From the IMG/VR virus record IMGVR_UViG_3300042905_003821: a stretch of DNA of 64,000 nucleotides; one strand, given 5' to 3'. A program made the translations under genes and the position numbers. Below the pieces are notes generated by a model. It searched no databases. It saw only the letters and a program-made list of their open reading frames with translations, and was not told where the DNA came from. Source of the DNA: an uncultured virus (IMG/VR IMGVR_UViG_3300042905_003821). Taxonomy: Duplodnaviria > Heunggongvirae > Uroviricota > Caudoviricetes. Below are positions 55,889 through 64,000 of the stretch, one piece after another; the stretch's first letter is position 1; every line of letters begins with the position of its first letter.

Positions 55889-56276
55889 CCGTAGCCGCCT
55901 CCTTGCCTGCCCAAAACAGGTCAAACTTGACCATGCCTTTGACCACCTTGTTATTCCAGACGGCAAGTTTGCCGCTGGAATCAAGCATCATGGCAGTGGT
56001 CCCGAAGTGCGTGATGCCAAGTCCGTCTGAAAGACGGACTTGGTAGGAGGCTTGGATCGTCTTGACTTGCTCACTCTGGAGTCGCGGGTCACTGATGGCA
56101 ATCAGGTGGGCCGCTAGGTAGCGTTCCACCAACTCGGCTGTCGCCTCGTTGAGTGCGACACCGATGACGTTGGTAACCATCAGCGATGCGCTGTCAATCA
56201 TCAACTGCGGGTCAGGCACGTTGGTCGAATCGTATTGGATGATCTTGTTGACCGCAGCCAGCGTTGTTCTTGCCAT
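55875..56276 (-). CDS. Head-tail adaptor protein
   Basis: ERYLAAHL...SE...Y...GL..T.FG..A..LD.SG.L. Confidence 0.72.
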   Translation of the reverse strand: MARTTLAAVNKIIQYDSTNVPDPQLMIDSASLMVTNVIGVALNEATAELVERYLAAHLIAISDPRLQSEQVKTIQASYQVRLSDGLGITHFGTTAMMLDSSGKLAVWNNKVVKGMVKFDLFWAGKEAATDVTY

Positions 56277-56280
56277 TTGA

Positions 56281-57966
56281 CTACCCTACGATTGAGCCGA
56301 GTGCCACGGAGTCCCCAGCGGTGCTGGGGACGACGATGTTGTACTTCCGGGAGCTTCCGGTGCGATATACGATGTATGTCGCACCTTTGACAAGGTTGTT
56401 GAACTGGACCACCCCTTGGTTGTCGGCGGTTGCCGTCCGGGGGGCATCCTCCATCGCCAATCCTGTCGATCCGGGCGGCGGTGACGATGCTTGGATCGTC
56501 ACCTGCGCCCCTGCCTGAGCGACCCCGTTGACATCGTTTACGGTCCAGAAGCCCGTCGTCCGTGGAGCCACGCTCGGCGTGACTCCACCGGTACTCGTCA
56601 GCGTGTACGTCTGAGAGACGTTCCCGCTGACTACCAGCGAAACAGGCGTGAAGCTGAATCCGGCGGCGGTGATCGCGACGGTGAACGTCGCGTCATCGAG
56701 GCTGAATGATGCGACCCCGCTAGCGTTGGTAACGCCAGCGTAGGTTTCCCCCGCGCGGTACACGCGAACCGTAGCTGCTTCGACGGGGCTGGCCGAGGAA
56801 TCTCGGACAGTGATTGTCACGATCCTCGCGCCCGACCCTTGGCCGGTCGCCCCAGTGATCCAAGCCGCATCGCCGCGATCTCGGATCGCTTCGAGCGAGT
56901 CGGTTGTCTCGTTAAAATTCGCTCCGGCGGTCGTGGCGTTGATCTGCGTGCGGGTGGTCGAGTCTGCGGTCTTGCCTGCAATGGCCCCGAGCCAGTTGGC
57001 TAGCGACGTGATCCCCGCAAACAGGGTTGCGGGGATTCGGGTAACCAGAGCAGTCACGTTGGTCGCCACGGCGGCCAACGCTGTGCTGGTAGCCAAACCG
57101 TTTTGGATGGCCGCGATTGAATGGACGTGATTGGTCGGAATGATGATAAATTCATCGCCGACTGTCGGAGCCGTAGTAAACGGCTCCTCTACTGTTATCA
57201 CACCGTTGGTGTTGACGTAAGTGAGTAGAGGGCTGTTCTGTTCGTTGATCGCCGCAGCGTTCGTGAACAACAAAACAGCGTGCTTAAACGCACCTGTTGG
57301 GTAGTTGACATTCGACGAAAAGCTAGTGGTTGATGGAGTGGTCGCACTTGTGACCACTCCATCGATGACTGTGTTTGCCTTCTTGATGATGCTGATGTAC
57401 TTGGCGAGGCTGTGGGCCACGTTGTCGTGGGCGTCGACACTTTCCTCTAAGACAGCATCGGCGATAGCCGATGCTGTTGGGACATCGCTTTTCTTTGCCA
57501 AAACTGTCGAGCCTTCGATCTGGACCAGTGTTGGCCGGTTGCTTACCGTTGATTCATTTGCCACACTCGCCGGGAACGCCACGGGGGCAGCGGCACTAGC
57601 CGTCTGCCCTGCGATCTTCGTGACGTTGGCATCGACGTTTCGATTCTCAATCGAGAATGTCCGAAGGATCGTTCGAGTCAAGTCTTTTCCGTCGACTGTC
57701 CCCGCAGTGAATACAATGTCGTAGTCTCTACCGACCTCATATACCGCATCGGAAGTGTCGATCACCAGTTCATGGAACCCAGCTTTCCCATCATAATCTA
57801 CGGCGGGTTGGGTTACTCCGGTAGTGAATTCTGTTGTCGAATCTTTATAGATTGCAACACTCAGAGCGACTGATGGGGTAGTCGGAATGAGCGACTGGGC
57901 AAACGTGTTGAACTTTACACGAATGACCTGACCTTTCTTGAAATCTCCAATGTATTTGTCGGACAT
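56281..57966 (-). CDS. Ala/Thr-rich virion accessory protein with C-terminal carboxypeptidase-regulatory/Ig-like domains
   Basis: VTITVRD...PVEAATVRV...TNASG.A.F.L; second GAQV...TAD.QG.V.F module. Confidence 0.6.
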   Translation of the reverse strand: MSDKYIGDFKKGQVIRVKFNTFAQSLIPTTPSVALSVAIYKDSTTEFTTGVTQPAVDYDGKAGFHELVIDTSDAVYEVGRDYDIVFTAGTVDGKDLTRTILRTFSIENRNVDANVTKIAGQTASAAAPVAFPASVANESTVSNRPTLVQIEGSTVLAKKSDVPTASAIADAVLEESVDAHDNVAHSLAKYISIIKKANTVIDGVVTSATTPSTTSFSSNVNYPTGAFKHAVLLFTNAAAINEQNSPLLTYVNTNGVITVEEPFTTAPTVGDEFIIIPTNHVHSIAAIQNGLATSTALAAVATNVTALVTRIPATLFAGITSLANWLGAIAGKTADSTTRTQINATTAGANFNETTDSLEAIRDRGDAAWITGATGQGSGARIVTITVRDSSASPVEAATVRVYRAGETYAGVTNASGVASFSLDDATFTVAITAAGFSFTPVSLVVSGNVSQTYTLTSTGGVTPSVAPRTTGFWTVNDVNGVAQAGAQVTIQASSPPPGSTGLAMEDAPRTATADNQGVVQFNNLVKGATYIVYRTGSSRKYNIVVPSTAGDSVALGSIVG

Positions 57967-57968
57967 GG

Positions 57969-58646
57969 TTAGCCTATCAAGAGGTTGTCGATTGGAGAGT
58001 ATGAGCCGCCGCCACTGCCGCTGGTTGTTTTGTGGTCGATTTCTAGCAACTCTAAAACGAAGGTCGCCCATACTACACTCGTAGCCTGAGTTACATTTGT
58101 TGCTGGCCAAATTGCCGATCTAGTTGAATTCGTGTCGTAAGAGGCAACCTCAAAACTTGCACCTATAGAATTGTTAATAAATGTCATCCCGGACGGAGCC
58201 AAGCTTGAAAGGTTGTTGCCAGTTGCTCGGGTTGCTGCTAGGCCGACAAGCCACAAGTCTAGGGCGGATTCTTTGAATACCGGGGAAGTGATAGCCGCTT
58301 GAGCAGCGTAGCTTATTACCGTACCGGATGATCCATTTTGAGAAAGAAGTGTAGGTATTACAACTGATCTTGGGCCACCCCTGTAAGCAATAGCTGTTAC
58401 GTTGGATGCTCCTGTCCACCCTGATGTACCCGTTGTTTCGGAAGCCGATTCAGCAATGTAATATCCGAGCCTGTGCGATCCGCCACTATTTGATCGTGTG
58501 TAAAGTCCTAATACACCGGGAGGCAAGGATGGAATTCCAGCCCCCGCAAAATACGCACTATACAAAATCAGATCGCCCTTGACGTGAGTGCCAAGGGTGA
58601 CACCTGTTCCGTTATTGGTTGAAAAACTGACTCGCGAGATCGCCAT
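57969..58646 (-). CDS. Gly/Ser/Thr-rich virion accessory protein
   Basis: Beta-rich, lower GC; in structural module. Confidence 0.6.
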   Translation of the reverse strand: MAISRVSFSTNNGTGVTLGTHVKGDLILYSAYFAGAGIPSLPPGVLGLYTRSNSGGSHRLGYYIAESASETTGTSGWTGASNVTAIAYRGGPRSVVIPTLLSQNGSSGTVISYAAQAAITSPVFKESALDLWLVGLAATRATGNNLSSLAPSGMTFINNSIGASFEVASYDTNSTRSAIWPATNVTQATSVVWATFVLELLEIDHKTTSGSGGGSYSPIDNLLIG

Positions 58647-59239
58647 TACAACTCTGGTTCTGGTCCAATGCCTTTGTTGTCTATGTGGTCAGTCCAGGCT
58701 TCCCGATAGGCTTGGACTCGGTCTAGTGCTTGCTCGATTCGCAGCTCACTCAATGCGACGAGTTTCATGTGAGCAAGACATGCATCGATTTCTTCGATGC
58801 TTGGGACTTCAATCACGATGTGAAATTTTTCGATGCGATCTTGGATTCGGGCTTGCTCTAGCAGGCTGATGTTTCGCTTGACTTCGCGAGCAAGGTGTCT
58901 TGCTCCGGGGACCAAGCCAACTTGGTCGAGAAAGTTGAACGTGTTTTGGATGTCAACATCGTTCAAGGGCATCCCAGAAGATAGCTGCGAGATAGCCCAA
59001 GTTTCCCCCTGCTGCAAGAGAACGTCTTGCAGCAGTTTGCACCCACCCCTACCAAATCGCATTCCCGTTTCGGGAATCCAAACAGACGCTAGCCCTTTCC
59101 ACGTAAAATCACCGGAGTTTTCAAATGGAATATCTTCGACCAGTAACGCATCCAAGACTTCTTGCGAAGTCTTGGACTCCCAGCCGGGGACTAAACGAAT
59201 CAATACTTTCAATTCTTCTGGGGTCACAGCAGTCTCCAC
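58646..59239 (-). CDS. Hypothetical protein
   Basis: Coupled ORF, GTG start. Confidence 0.6.
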   Translation of the reverse strand: METAVTPEELKVLIRLVPGWESKTSQEVLDALLVEDIPFENSGDFTWKGLASVWIPETGMRFGRGGCKLLQDVLLQQGETWAISQLSSGMPLNDVDIQNTFNFLDQVGLVPGARHLAREVKRNISLLEQARIQDRIEKFHIVIEVPSIEEIDACLAHMKLVALSELRIEQALDRVQAYREAWTDHIDNKGIGPEPEL

Positions 59240-59595
59240 TAGGAATTTTTGTGATTCAGGTGTCGATCCACACTATCCATGCGCTGCGACAAGTCAGAAA
59301 CCTGACTAGAAAGGCCGTCGACTTTCTCAGGTAGAACCGACAGTTTTTGTAAACTGCAAGACACGTCTTGCATAGTTCCCGTATTCTGTTCCAAGTTGGA
59401 GAGTAGCTTGTCTACGGCAAGGAATAGCTTGTCCCTACAGGGAATCAAAAACTCCTTGCCGACCCAACCGCATACTCGCCACAAGGCGAACGCGACGGCG
59501 GCGAGAATGACCAAAACTACACCTGTGACGGTGTAGTTTGTTTCGGTCAACCACTCCTTCGCTTGCGAAGGATCAACGACCTGTGCCAGAAGCAT
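59239..59595 (-). CDS. Single-TM coiled-coil protein (holin/lysis-accessory-like)
   Basis: TM VTGVVLVILAAVAFALW then coiled coil. Confidence 0.55.
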   Translation of the reverse strand: MLLAQVVDPSQAKEWLTETNYTVTGVVLVILAAVAFALWRVCGWVGKEFLIPCRDKLFLAVDKLLSNLEQNTGTMQDVSCSLQKLSVLPEKVDGLSSQVSDLSQRMDSVDRHLNHKNS

Positions 59596-60052
59596 TTCGA
59601 CGCTCTCTCTCTACCTTGTCGGTGGATAGGGGGCCTTGGAATGTGTATTGTCGGCCATCGACTTCGGTGACTTTGTACCAGGGATACATTTTACCAGATT
59701 CTCGAAAATCGCTCTCGTAGATGGTCACGTCCCAACCAGCATCCACCCAAGAGCCGATCTGGCTCTTGTCTGTCTTGCATGGTGGGCAGTTAGGGATGCT
59801 GAACATTTCAAGTTTCGGCTTAGGAGCCGAAACTTGAGACTTCCCCGGAGGCTTCGCCCCGGCTCCCTGCTCAGGCTCGATCCCGCACTTGCAATCCTTG
59901 CAAGTGCAATCCTCGCAGGGGCAAGCAGCGTTGTTGCATTGCTTGCTGACTTCGGACTTGGATTCACCCCTGTGGGTGAATCCCCACCCTAGGAGGACTG
60001 TTGCCAGCAACAGTCCGAGGATGACGGCTAGGTTCTTGTCTTGATCTTTCAT
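59573..60052 (-). CDS. Membrane-anchored protein with Cys cluster and thioredoxin-like CPPC domain
   Basis: N-terminal TM; CNNAACPCEDCTCKDCKC; MFSIPNCPPC...YP. Confidence 0.65.
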   Translation of the reverse strand: MKDQDKNLAVILGLLLATVLLGWGFTHRGESKSEVSKQCNNAACPCEDCTCKDCKCGIEPEQGAGAKPPGKSQVSAPKPKLEMFSIPNCPPCKTDKSQIGSWVDAGWDVTIYESDFRESGKMYPWYKVTEVDGRQYTFQGPLSTDKVERERRNASGTGR

Positions 60053-60945
60053 TCGCGCACCTTGTTTCCTACAAACACCCAGAAGTCATGCCACTTCGTA
60101 CATTGAAAGGCATTCTGCATGGTGAAAAGGCCAAAGCCGTTTTCACCCCACCCTTGCGAGCCGGTAGGCCCGTACATTGGATTGGAGCTTGGTCCCCAAG
60201 AATTCTCGATGTCTGGGTGAACCAGATCATCGCCACCTACCCACTTCCCAGAATGGAAAAGCGTAGCGTGGTTGCCCACGCCATTGCCTTGAACGGCGTA
60301 GCCGTTCTGCAATCGCATCGAGTTGTTCCCGACGTGCCAAGCGTGGATCACTTGGTGATCCCTCGCGAGCGCGCTCGCGAGGGCGATCTTGAACGTCCGG
60401 TAGTCGCCTACCGGAAGTTTGTACGCCTCGAAGGAAGTGTACATGGTGGCCGCTTCCTGCGCCGCCTTGTACCACTTCTCAGGCATCTGGTTCTTGAGGT
60501 AGATGTCGTGGGGAATCGTGTACGCTTCCCCATTCGAGTTCAGCTTGCGAGGGGCCAAGCCTCGCTTGGCCCACTCCATAGCATCTTGGAGCAGTGCCCC
60601 TTGGTCCCTGCCTCGGTTGATGTGCATGTACAAGTAGCAGTCGCTAATCACGATGTGCGGAAGCCCATCGAGATCCCTGCGGTTGTGCTTGGCGTTGACC
60701 GTGGCCGACGCTGCGCACTTCCCGAGTCGGGCTTGGTTCAAGACCCAAGCCTGACGACGCTTCCGCATCTGCTTGTAAACGTCCCCTTTGAGGGACTTCT
60801 CGATGTCGCTGGCTTCGAGGTAGAACTCCTCGCCATAGACAGGCATGTCGGCTACCAACACCCGCTCTGCGGGTGTTGGGGCCATACAACCAGCTACGAC
60901 TTTGGAGCCGTCTGGGAGGGTGAAGATTTCTTGCTCGTCGCTCAT
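60049..60945 (-). CDS. Papain-like (C1) cysteine peptidase
   Basis: NQARLGKCAA (Q/C), GNHA (H), ENSWG (N), WGENGFG. Confidence 0.85.
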   Translation of the reverse strand: MSDEQEIFTLPDGSKVVAGCMAPTPAERVLVADMPVYGEEFYLEASDIEKSLKGDVYKQMRKRRQAWVLNQARLGKCAASATVNAKHNRRDLDGLPHIVISDCYLYMHINRGRDQGALLQDAMEWAKRGLAPRKLNSNGEAYTIPHDIYLKNQMPEKWYKAAQEAATMYTSFEAYKLPVGDYRTFKIALASALARDHQVIHAWHVGNNSMRLQNGYAVQGNGVGNHATLFHSGKWVGGDDLVHPDIENSWGPSSNPMYGPTGSQGWGENGFGLFTMQNAFQCTKWHDFWVFVGNKVRE

Positions 60946-61325
60946 TTCAAGGACTCCTCGAACGAAGATTTCCAAGGTACGACTTTGCGTACCTTGGAGA
61001 CGTTGCCGTCTTTCAGATCAACGTACCCAACGACAGGCGGTTCGAGCTTCTTAGCTCGACCCGCTTCGACGATGGGCTTTGCCCACTCGTCGTCGCGATC
61101 TGCGTTACGGTAGCCTTTGAGTTTGTTGGCCTCAACAAACTCATTGGCACTCCGCAGGGCAATCGTCTGATCGACGGTTGCCGCAGTTTTCTCATTGACC
61201 AACACGACAGTCGAACCCGCTACATTTGTTGCAAAACTGCCCCATTGCTGGGGCAGTTTGTTTCCGAACAGTAGGAGCAGACCGCCTGCGATCATCAGCC
61301 AAGGGCCGACTCGGTTGCGGTCCAT
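60942..61325 (-). CDS. Membrane-anchored hypothetical protein
   Basis: N-terminal TM WLMIAGGLLLLFG. Confidence 0.6.
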   Translation of the reverse strand: MDRNRVGPWLMIAGGLLLLFGNKLPQQWGSFATNVAGSTVVLVNEKTAATVDQTIALRSANEFVEANKLKGYRNADRDDEWAKPIVEAGRAKKLEPPVVGYVDLKDGNVSKVRKVVPWKSSFEESLK

Positions 61326-61328
61326 GTC

Positions 61329-61532
61329 CTACTCCTTGGTCTTGGGCATCGTTGGGCGAACGGAGTCGCCCAAGATCCAAGTCGAAACGATGGCCCCGAT
61401 CCCGAGAAGCACAGCTTCGGGGATCGGCTCGCCTGCTTGAAGGGCCTGAACCGCTTGGTAAAGCAACGGTACGAGGGTAACCACAGCAACTACGTTGCGT
61501 TTGGACTTGACGAAAAGTGCGATGAAATCCAC
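61329..61532 (-). CDS. Holin-like 2-TM protein
   Basis: KSKR.VVAVV...; AIV..WILGDS.R. Confidence 0.55.
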   Translation of the reverse strand: MDFIALFVKSKRNVVAVVTLVPLLYQAVQALQAGEPIPEAVLLGIGAIVSTWILGDSVRPTMPKTKE

Positions 61533-61534
61533 GG

Positions 61535-61837
61535 TTATGCCTTTGGGGTTGAAGGTGGGGTGAGGATCAGTTGGAAGATGGATTGCAGAGGCTCAATAGC
61601 CTCTGCGGTCCCTCGTTGCTCGAAGTAGTCGACGAGGACTTCGACGGCGTCGATGGCCTTGTCGCGGTCGATCTTGACGACCGCAGGTTCTTGGGCAACT
61701 TCCACAGGCTTTGGACGCAACTGGTTGATAAGATCAGCCAGTTGTGACTGGGGGTCGACAGCGGGTTTCTTCCCGCTGGCAACCCAGTACAAACCAAAAG
61801 CGAGTAGGCCCAGACCTAGCATGGTAGTGAAGTCCAT
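61535..61837 (-). CDS. Membrane-anchored hypothetical protein
   Basis: N-terminal TM. Confidence 0.6.
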   Translation of the reverse strand: MDFTTMLGLGLLAFGLYWVASGKKPAVDPQSQLADLINQLRPKPVEVAQEPAVVKIDRDKAIDAVEVLVDYFEQRGTAEAIEPLQSIFQLILTPPSTPKA

Positions 61838-62094
61838 TAGTCGGCCCCCACACCTGCTAGAACGTCATCATCATCGCTTTCCACACCGGAAGTTTTCCGG
61901 TCTTGGAAATACTTGATGACGGCCAAAACCAGTTGGATGAACAAGATGACCATAGCAGGGTCGATCCCTACCAGCGATTCATCTTTTTCAATAGCTTCCT
62001 TGATCTTGTCGGTGTCGCCGTTGAATTGTCCGTTGTATTTACGGGCAAGGCGAACAGCGAGACGGCGTTGCCTGAGTCGGAGTTTTCCAAACAT
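61837..62094 (-). CDS. Small membrane protein
   Basis: GIDPAMVILFIQLVLAVIKYF. Confidence 0.6.
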   Translation of the reverse strand: MFGKLRLRQRRLAVRLARKYNGQFNGDTDKIKEAIEKDESLVGIDPAMVILFIQLVLAVIKYFQDRKTSGVESDDDDVLAGVGAD

Positions 62095-62303
62095 TACTCT
62101 GCCTTCCCGCCTTTCTTGGGTTCGGGCTTCTTCTCGCCCTCCACCAATTCGGGCTTCTTCTCGCCCTCGACCAATTTGAACTTCTGCTCGCCAAAGACCG
62201 CGACGAGGTCGCGGTCGGATTCGACGATCTCACCCCTCACTGCGAACGAGACAGGCTCGTTCTGGATGACGTGTGATCCTTCAAGCAATTCGTACTTAGC
62301 CAT
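62094..62303 (-). CDS. Small protein after capsid gene (LVEGEKKPE duplicated)
   Basis: Position after MCP; tandem duplication in C-terminus. Confidence 0.6.
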   Translation of the reverse strand: MAKYELLEGSHVIQNEPVSFAVRGEIVESDRDLVAVFGEQKFKLVEGEKKPELVEGEKKPEPKKGGKAE

Positions 62304-62327
62304 GAGCTAAAGCCCTAAGCCCTTGCG

Positions 62328-62373
62328 AAAAGAAACCCCGACTGCACGCAAGGGCTTAGCGTACAGTCGGGGT
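62328..62373 (-). terminator. Terminator after major capsid gene
   Basis: ACCCCGACUGUACGC/GCGUGCAGUCGGGGU stem followed by UUCUUUU on minus strand. Confidence 0.75.
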
Positions 62374-62403
62374 GCAGCGGGTGGTCAGATTGTCGCTACA
62401 GCG

Positions 62404-63483
62404 TTAGACGCTGTAGTGGACGATTCCGCAGTTGGAGTTGATGTCAACTTTCATCTGCGGGACCATCATTGCCATCACTCGGAACTTCTCAAGCAAGCCG
62501 CCGCGCTCTTGCCATTGGACGGTTTGAATGTCCATTCCGATGATGGTGCGAACGGTGCTGGAATCCTCTTGGACAAGCAACAGTTGCTTGCCGGTGAGGT
62601 AATCGCAGACTTCGACGCTCGAAATTTGCGGGATCTGCTCGATCATTCTTAGCAACGAGGTCGAATCGTAGCTGGTGGAGAACGGACGCATCATGTATTG
62701 CATGAAGCCCGTCGAGTACCACAGCTTGAACGGCCCGTAGTGCAGCTTGTCATAAGCTGCTTGGATCATCGCGATCACGTTGGTATAGGTGTCGTTGGGA
62801 ACCCAACTTCCGCCTGCGGGATCAGCCGCCGAACCGGTAATCCGGTTCGGGAAATTGGTCAACCCGTAGAGGGTTGCCCCACCAAAGGTGAACGTACCGA
62901 AGGTTCCCAAGTGGAGCTTTTCGGCTTCTTCGGCGACCTTGATCGCGGCCAGTTCCAACATCGAAGTGTCAAGCGGCGTGTTGCCGTTTCGGCTGGTAGC
63001 CAATTGACGGCTCGACATCGTCACTTCTTTGTGGATGATCGGCAATGGCAGGTTGACGAGATCGTAGATCGGACGGTCGTTGTCCCCAGGAGCCAAGGCA
63101 TCCATCGAGATCCGAGCGGCACTGATGTCGCTCTGACGTTCGTATTGGTAAACCGTCTTGCCGAACCCGTTCGGCAAGTTGACCGAGAGGCCGGAGCCTC
63201 GAAGCCAGTTGACGATCTTGAGTCGCTTGCGAGCCGCCTTGACGACTACGTCGTCAAGGTACTCCCACTCGTCCTTACGCAAGGTTGCCCCGGCGTTGGT
63301 GACGTAAGCCTTGACAACGGGGTTCCCGTTGTCATCGACTTCGCCAGTGGCGTGGTTGATGTAGCTTCGACCATCGGCTCCCACGAATGGGCGGAGGACG
63401 TTGGTATCGAACCCAGTTGCGAGCAACTGGGACGCCATACTTCCCGACGATTGGTTGTTCAAAACAAATTCAATGTTTTCCAT
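62404..63483 (-). CDS. Major capsid protein (HK97 fold, encapsulin/linocin-like type)
   Basis: LRKDEW..LD..V...R.RL, PLPIIHK...RQL..SR...PLD, KVAE..E, YGLTN.PNR, YGPF. Confidence 0.85.
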   Translation of the reverse strand: MENIEFVLNNQSSGSMASQLLATGFDTNVLRPFVGADGRSYINHATGEVDDNGNPVVKAYVTNAGATLRKDEWEYLDDVVVKAARKRLKIVNWLRGSGLSVNLPNGFGKTVYQYERQSDISAARISMDALAPGDNDRPIYDLVNLPLPIIHKEVTMSSRQLATSRNGNTPLDTSMLELAAIKVAEEAEKLHLGTFGTFTFGGATLYGLTNFPNRITGSAADPAGGSWVPNDTYTNVIAMIQAAYDKLHYGPFKLWYSTGFMQYMMRPFSTSYDSTSLLRMIEQIPQISSVEVCDYLTGKQLLLVQEDSSTVRTIIGMDIQTVQWQERGGLLEKFRVMAMMVPQMKVDINSNCGIVHYSV

Positions 63484-63504
63484 GAGAGTCGGTAGTCCTT
63501 ACTA

Positions 63505-63939
63505 CTAGATGAAGCGAACTTGGATCAGTTCTTGGGTTGCGACGTTCGAGGCTTCCTCGCAGATCGCAAAGACCTTGACTGGGGAACCGGTGGTTTTGAT
63601 GAGGGTTCCGTCTCCGCCGGAGATCAAGTTATCCCCAACTGCGACGTTTTCGCTCGCCTTGAGGCGAGCGTATCGCTTGGCTCCGGGAACCACGTACTCG
63701 GCGTACACGCGAGTACCCTCGGCGGCGGAGTCATTGACTCCTAAGCCTTGCAAGGCATCTTCGTGGAGAATCAAGGTTGCGCCGTCCCCGCCCGAAGTGG
63801 CGTGGACGTTGCAAGCGGTCGCCGTGGTGCGGCGAACAAGCATCCCTGGTTTGAGAGTCGCGCCGGAAGCGACCAAGAACTCCTCTTGGACTCCATCAGG
63901 CCCAGCCAGTCGAATCGTTTGTGCGAGAGCAATAGTCAT
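63505..63939 (-). CDS. Head decoration/cement protein
   Basis: PGMLV...ED.LQG...ENVAVGD.L.S.GDG.L; directly upstream of MCP. Confidence 0.7.
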   Translation of the reverse strand: MTIALAQTIRLAGPDGVQEEFLVASGATLKPGMLVRRTTATACNVHATSGGDGATLILHEDALQGLGVNDSAAEGTRVYAEYVVPGAKRYARLKASENVAVGDNLISGGDGTLIKTTGSPVKVFAICEEASNVATQELIQVRFI

Positions 63940-64000
63940 GTGTCACTAAGCCTTTGCGGAGAAGGTGGACGGAGGCAGGAAGCCTTTGACCGCAGCGGTC

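Noticed and set aside
62404..63483. Encapsulin nanocompartment
   Set aside because: Lies with decoration, neck and tail genes, so it is the phage major capsid protein
1..64000. Prophage/integration module or host chromosome
   Set aside because: No integrase, transposase, rRNA or host housekeeping operon recognised; lifestyle cannot be determined from this window

Overview
This is 64 kb of a tailed dsDNA phage genome (siphovirus-like: tape measure, tail tube, frameshifted tail chaperone, HK97-type capsid). A Planctomycete host is inferred from CsrA and the GACC-type Cys-rich repeats; this is not shown directly. Layout: a 38-bp palindromic tandem repeat at the window edge; early-type small genes (+, 0.2-4.9 kb); a minus-strand block with methyltransferase, phosphoesterase, a chain of tiny membrane proteins and PhoH (4.9-10.1 kb); a structured non-coding gap (10.1-10.86 kb); and a long plus-strand replication/recombination block (13.9-43.8 kb). 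That block holds a sigma-like factor, CsrA, SNF2 helicase, primase, DnaB-like helicase, a family-A polymerase split from its UDG-like/3'-5' exonuclease part, clamp, clamp loader, SSB, RecA, FEN, resolvase, a split SbcC around SbcD, and a queD-dpdA-queC-queE 7-deazaguanine cluster. The minus-strand morphogenesis block runs from 43.8 to 64 kb. Most unusual: (1) six dispersed non-coding elements that keep a tRNA acceptor stem plus T-arm but have unrelated interiors; (2) a 1,028-aa Cys-rich, poly-Thr 'mucin-like' tail-end protein next to two glycosyltransferases, a candidate virion glycosylation system; (3) SbcC cut at its zinc hook. All calls come from motif reading by eye; no database searches were run.
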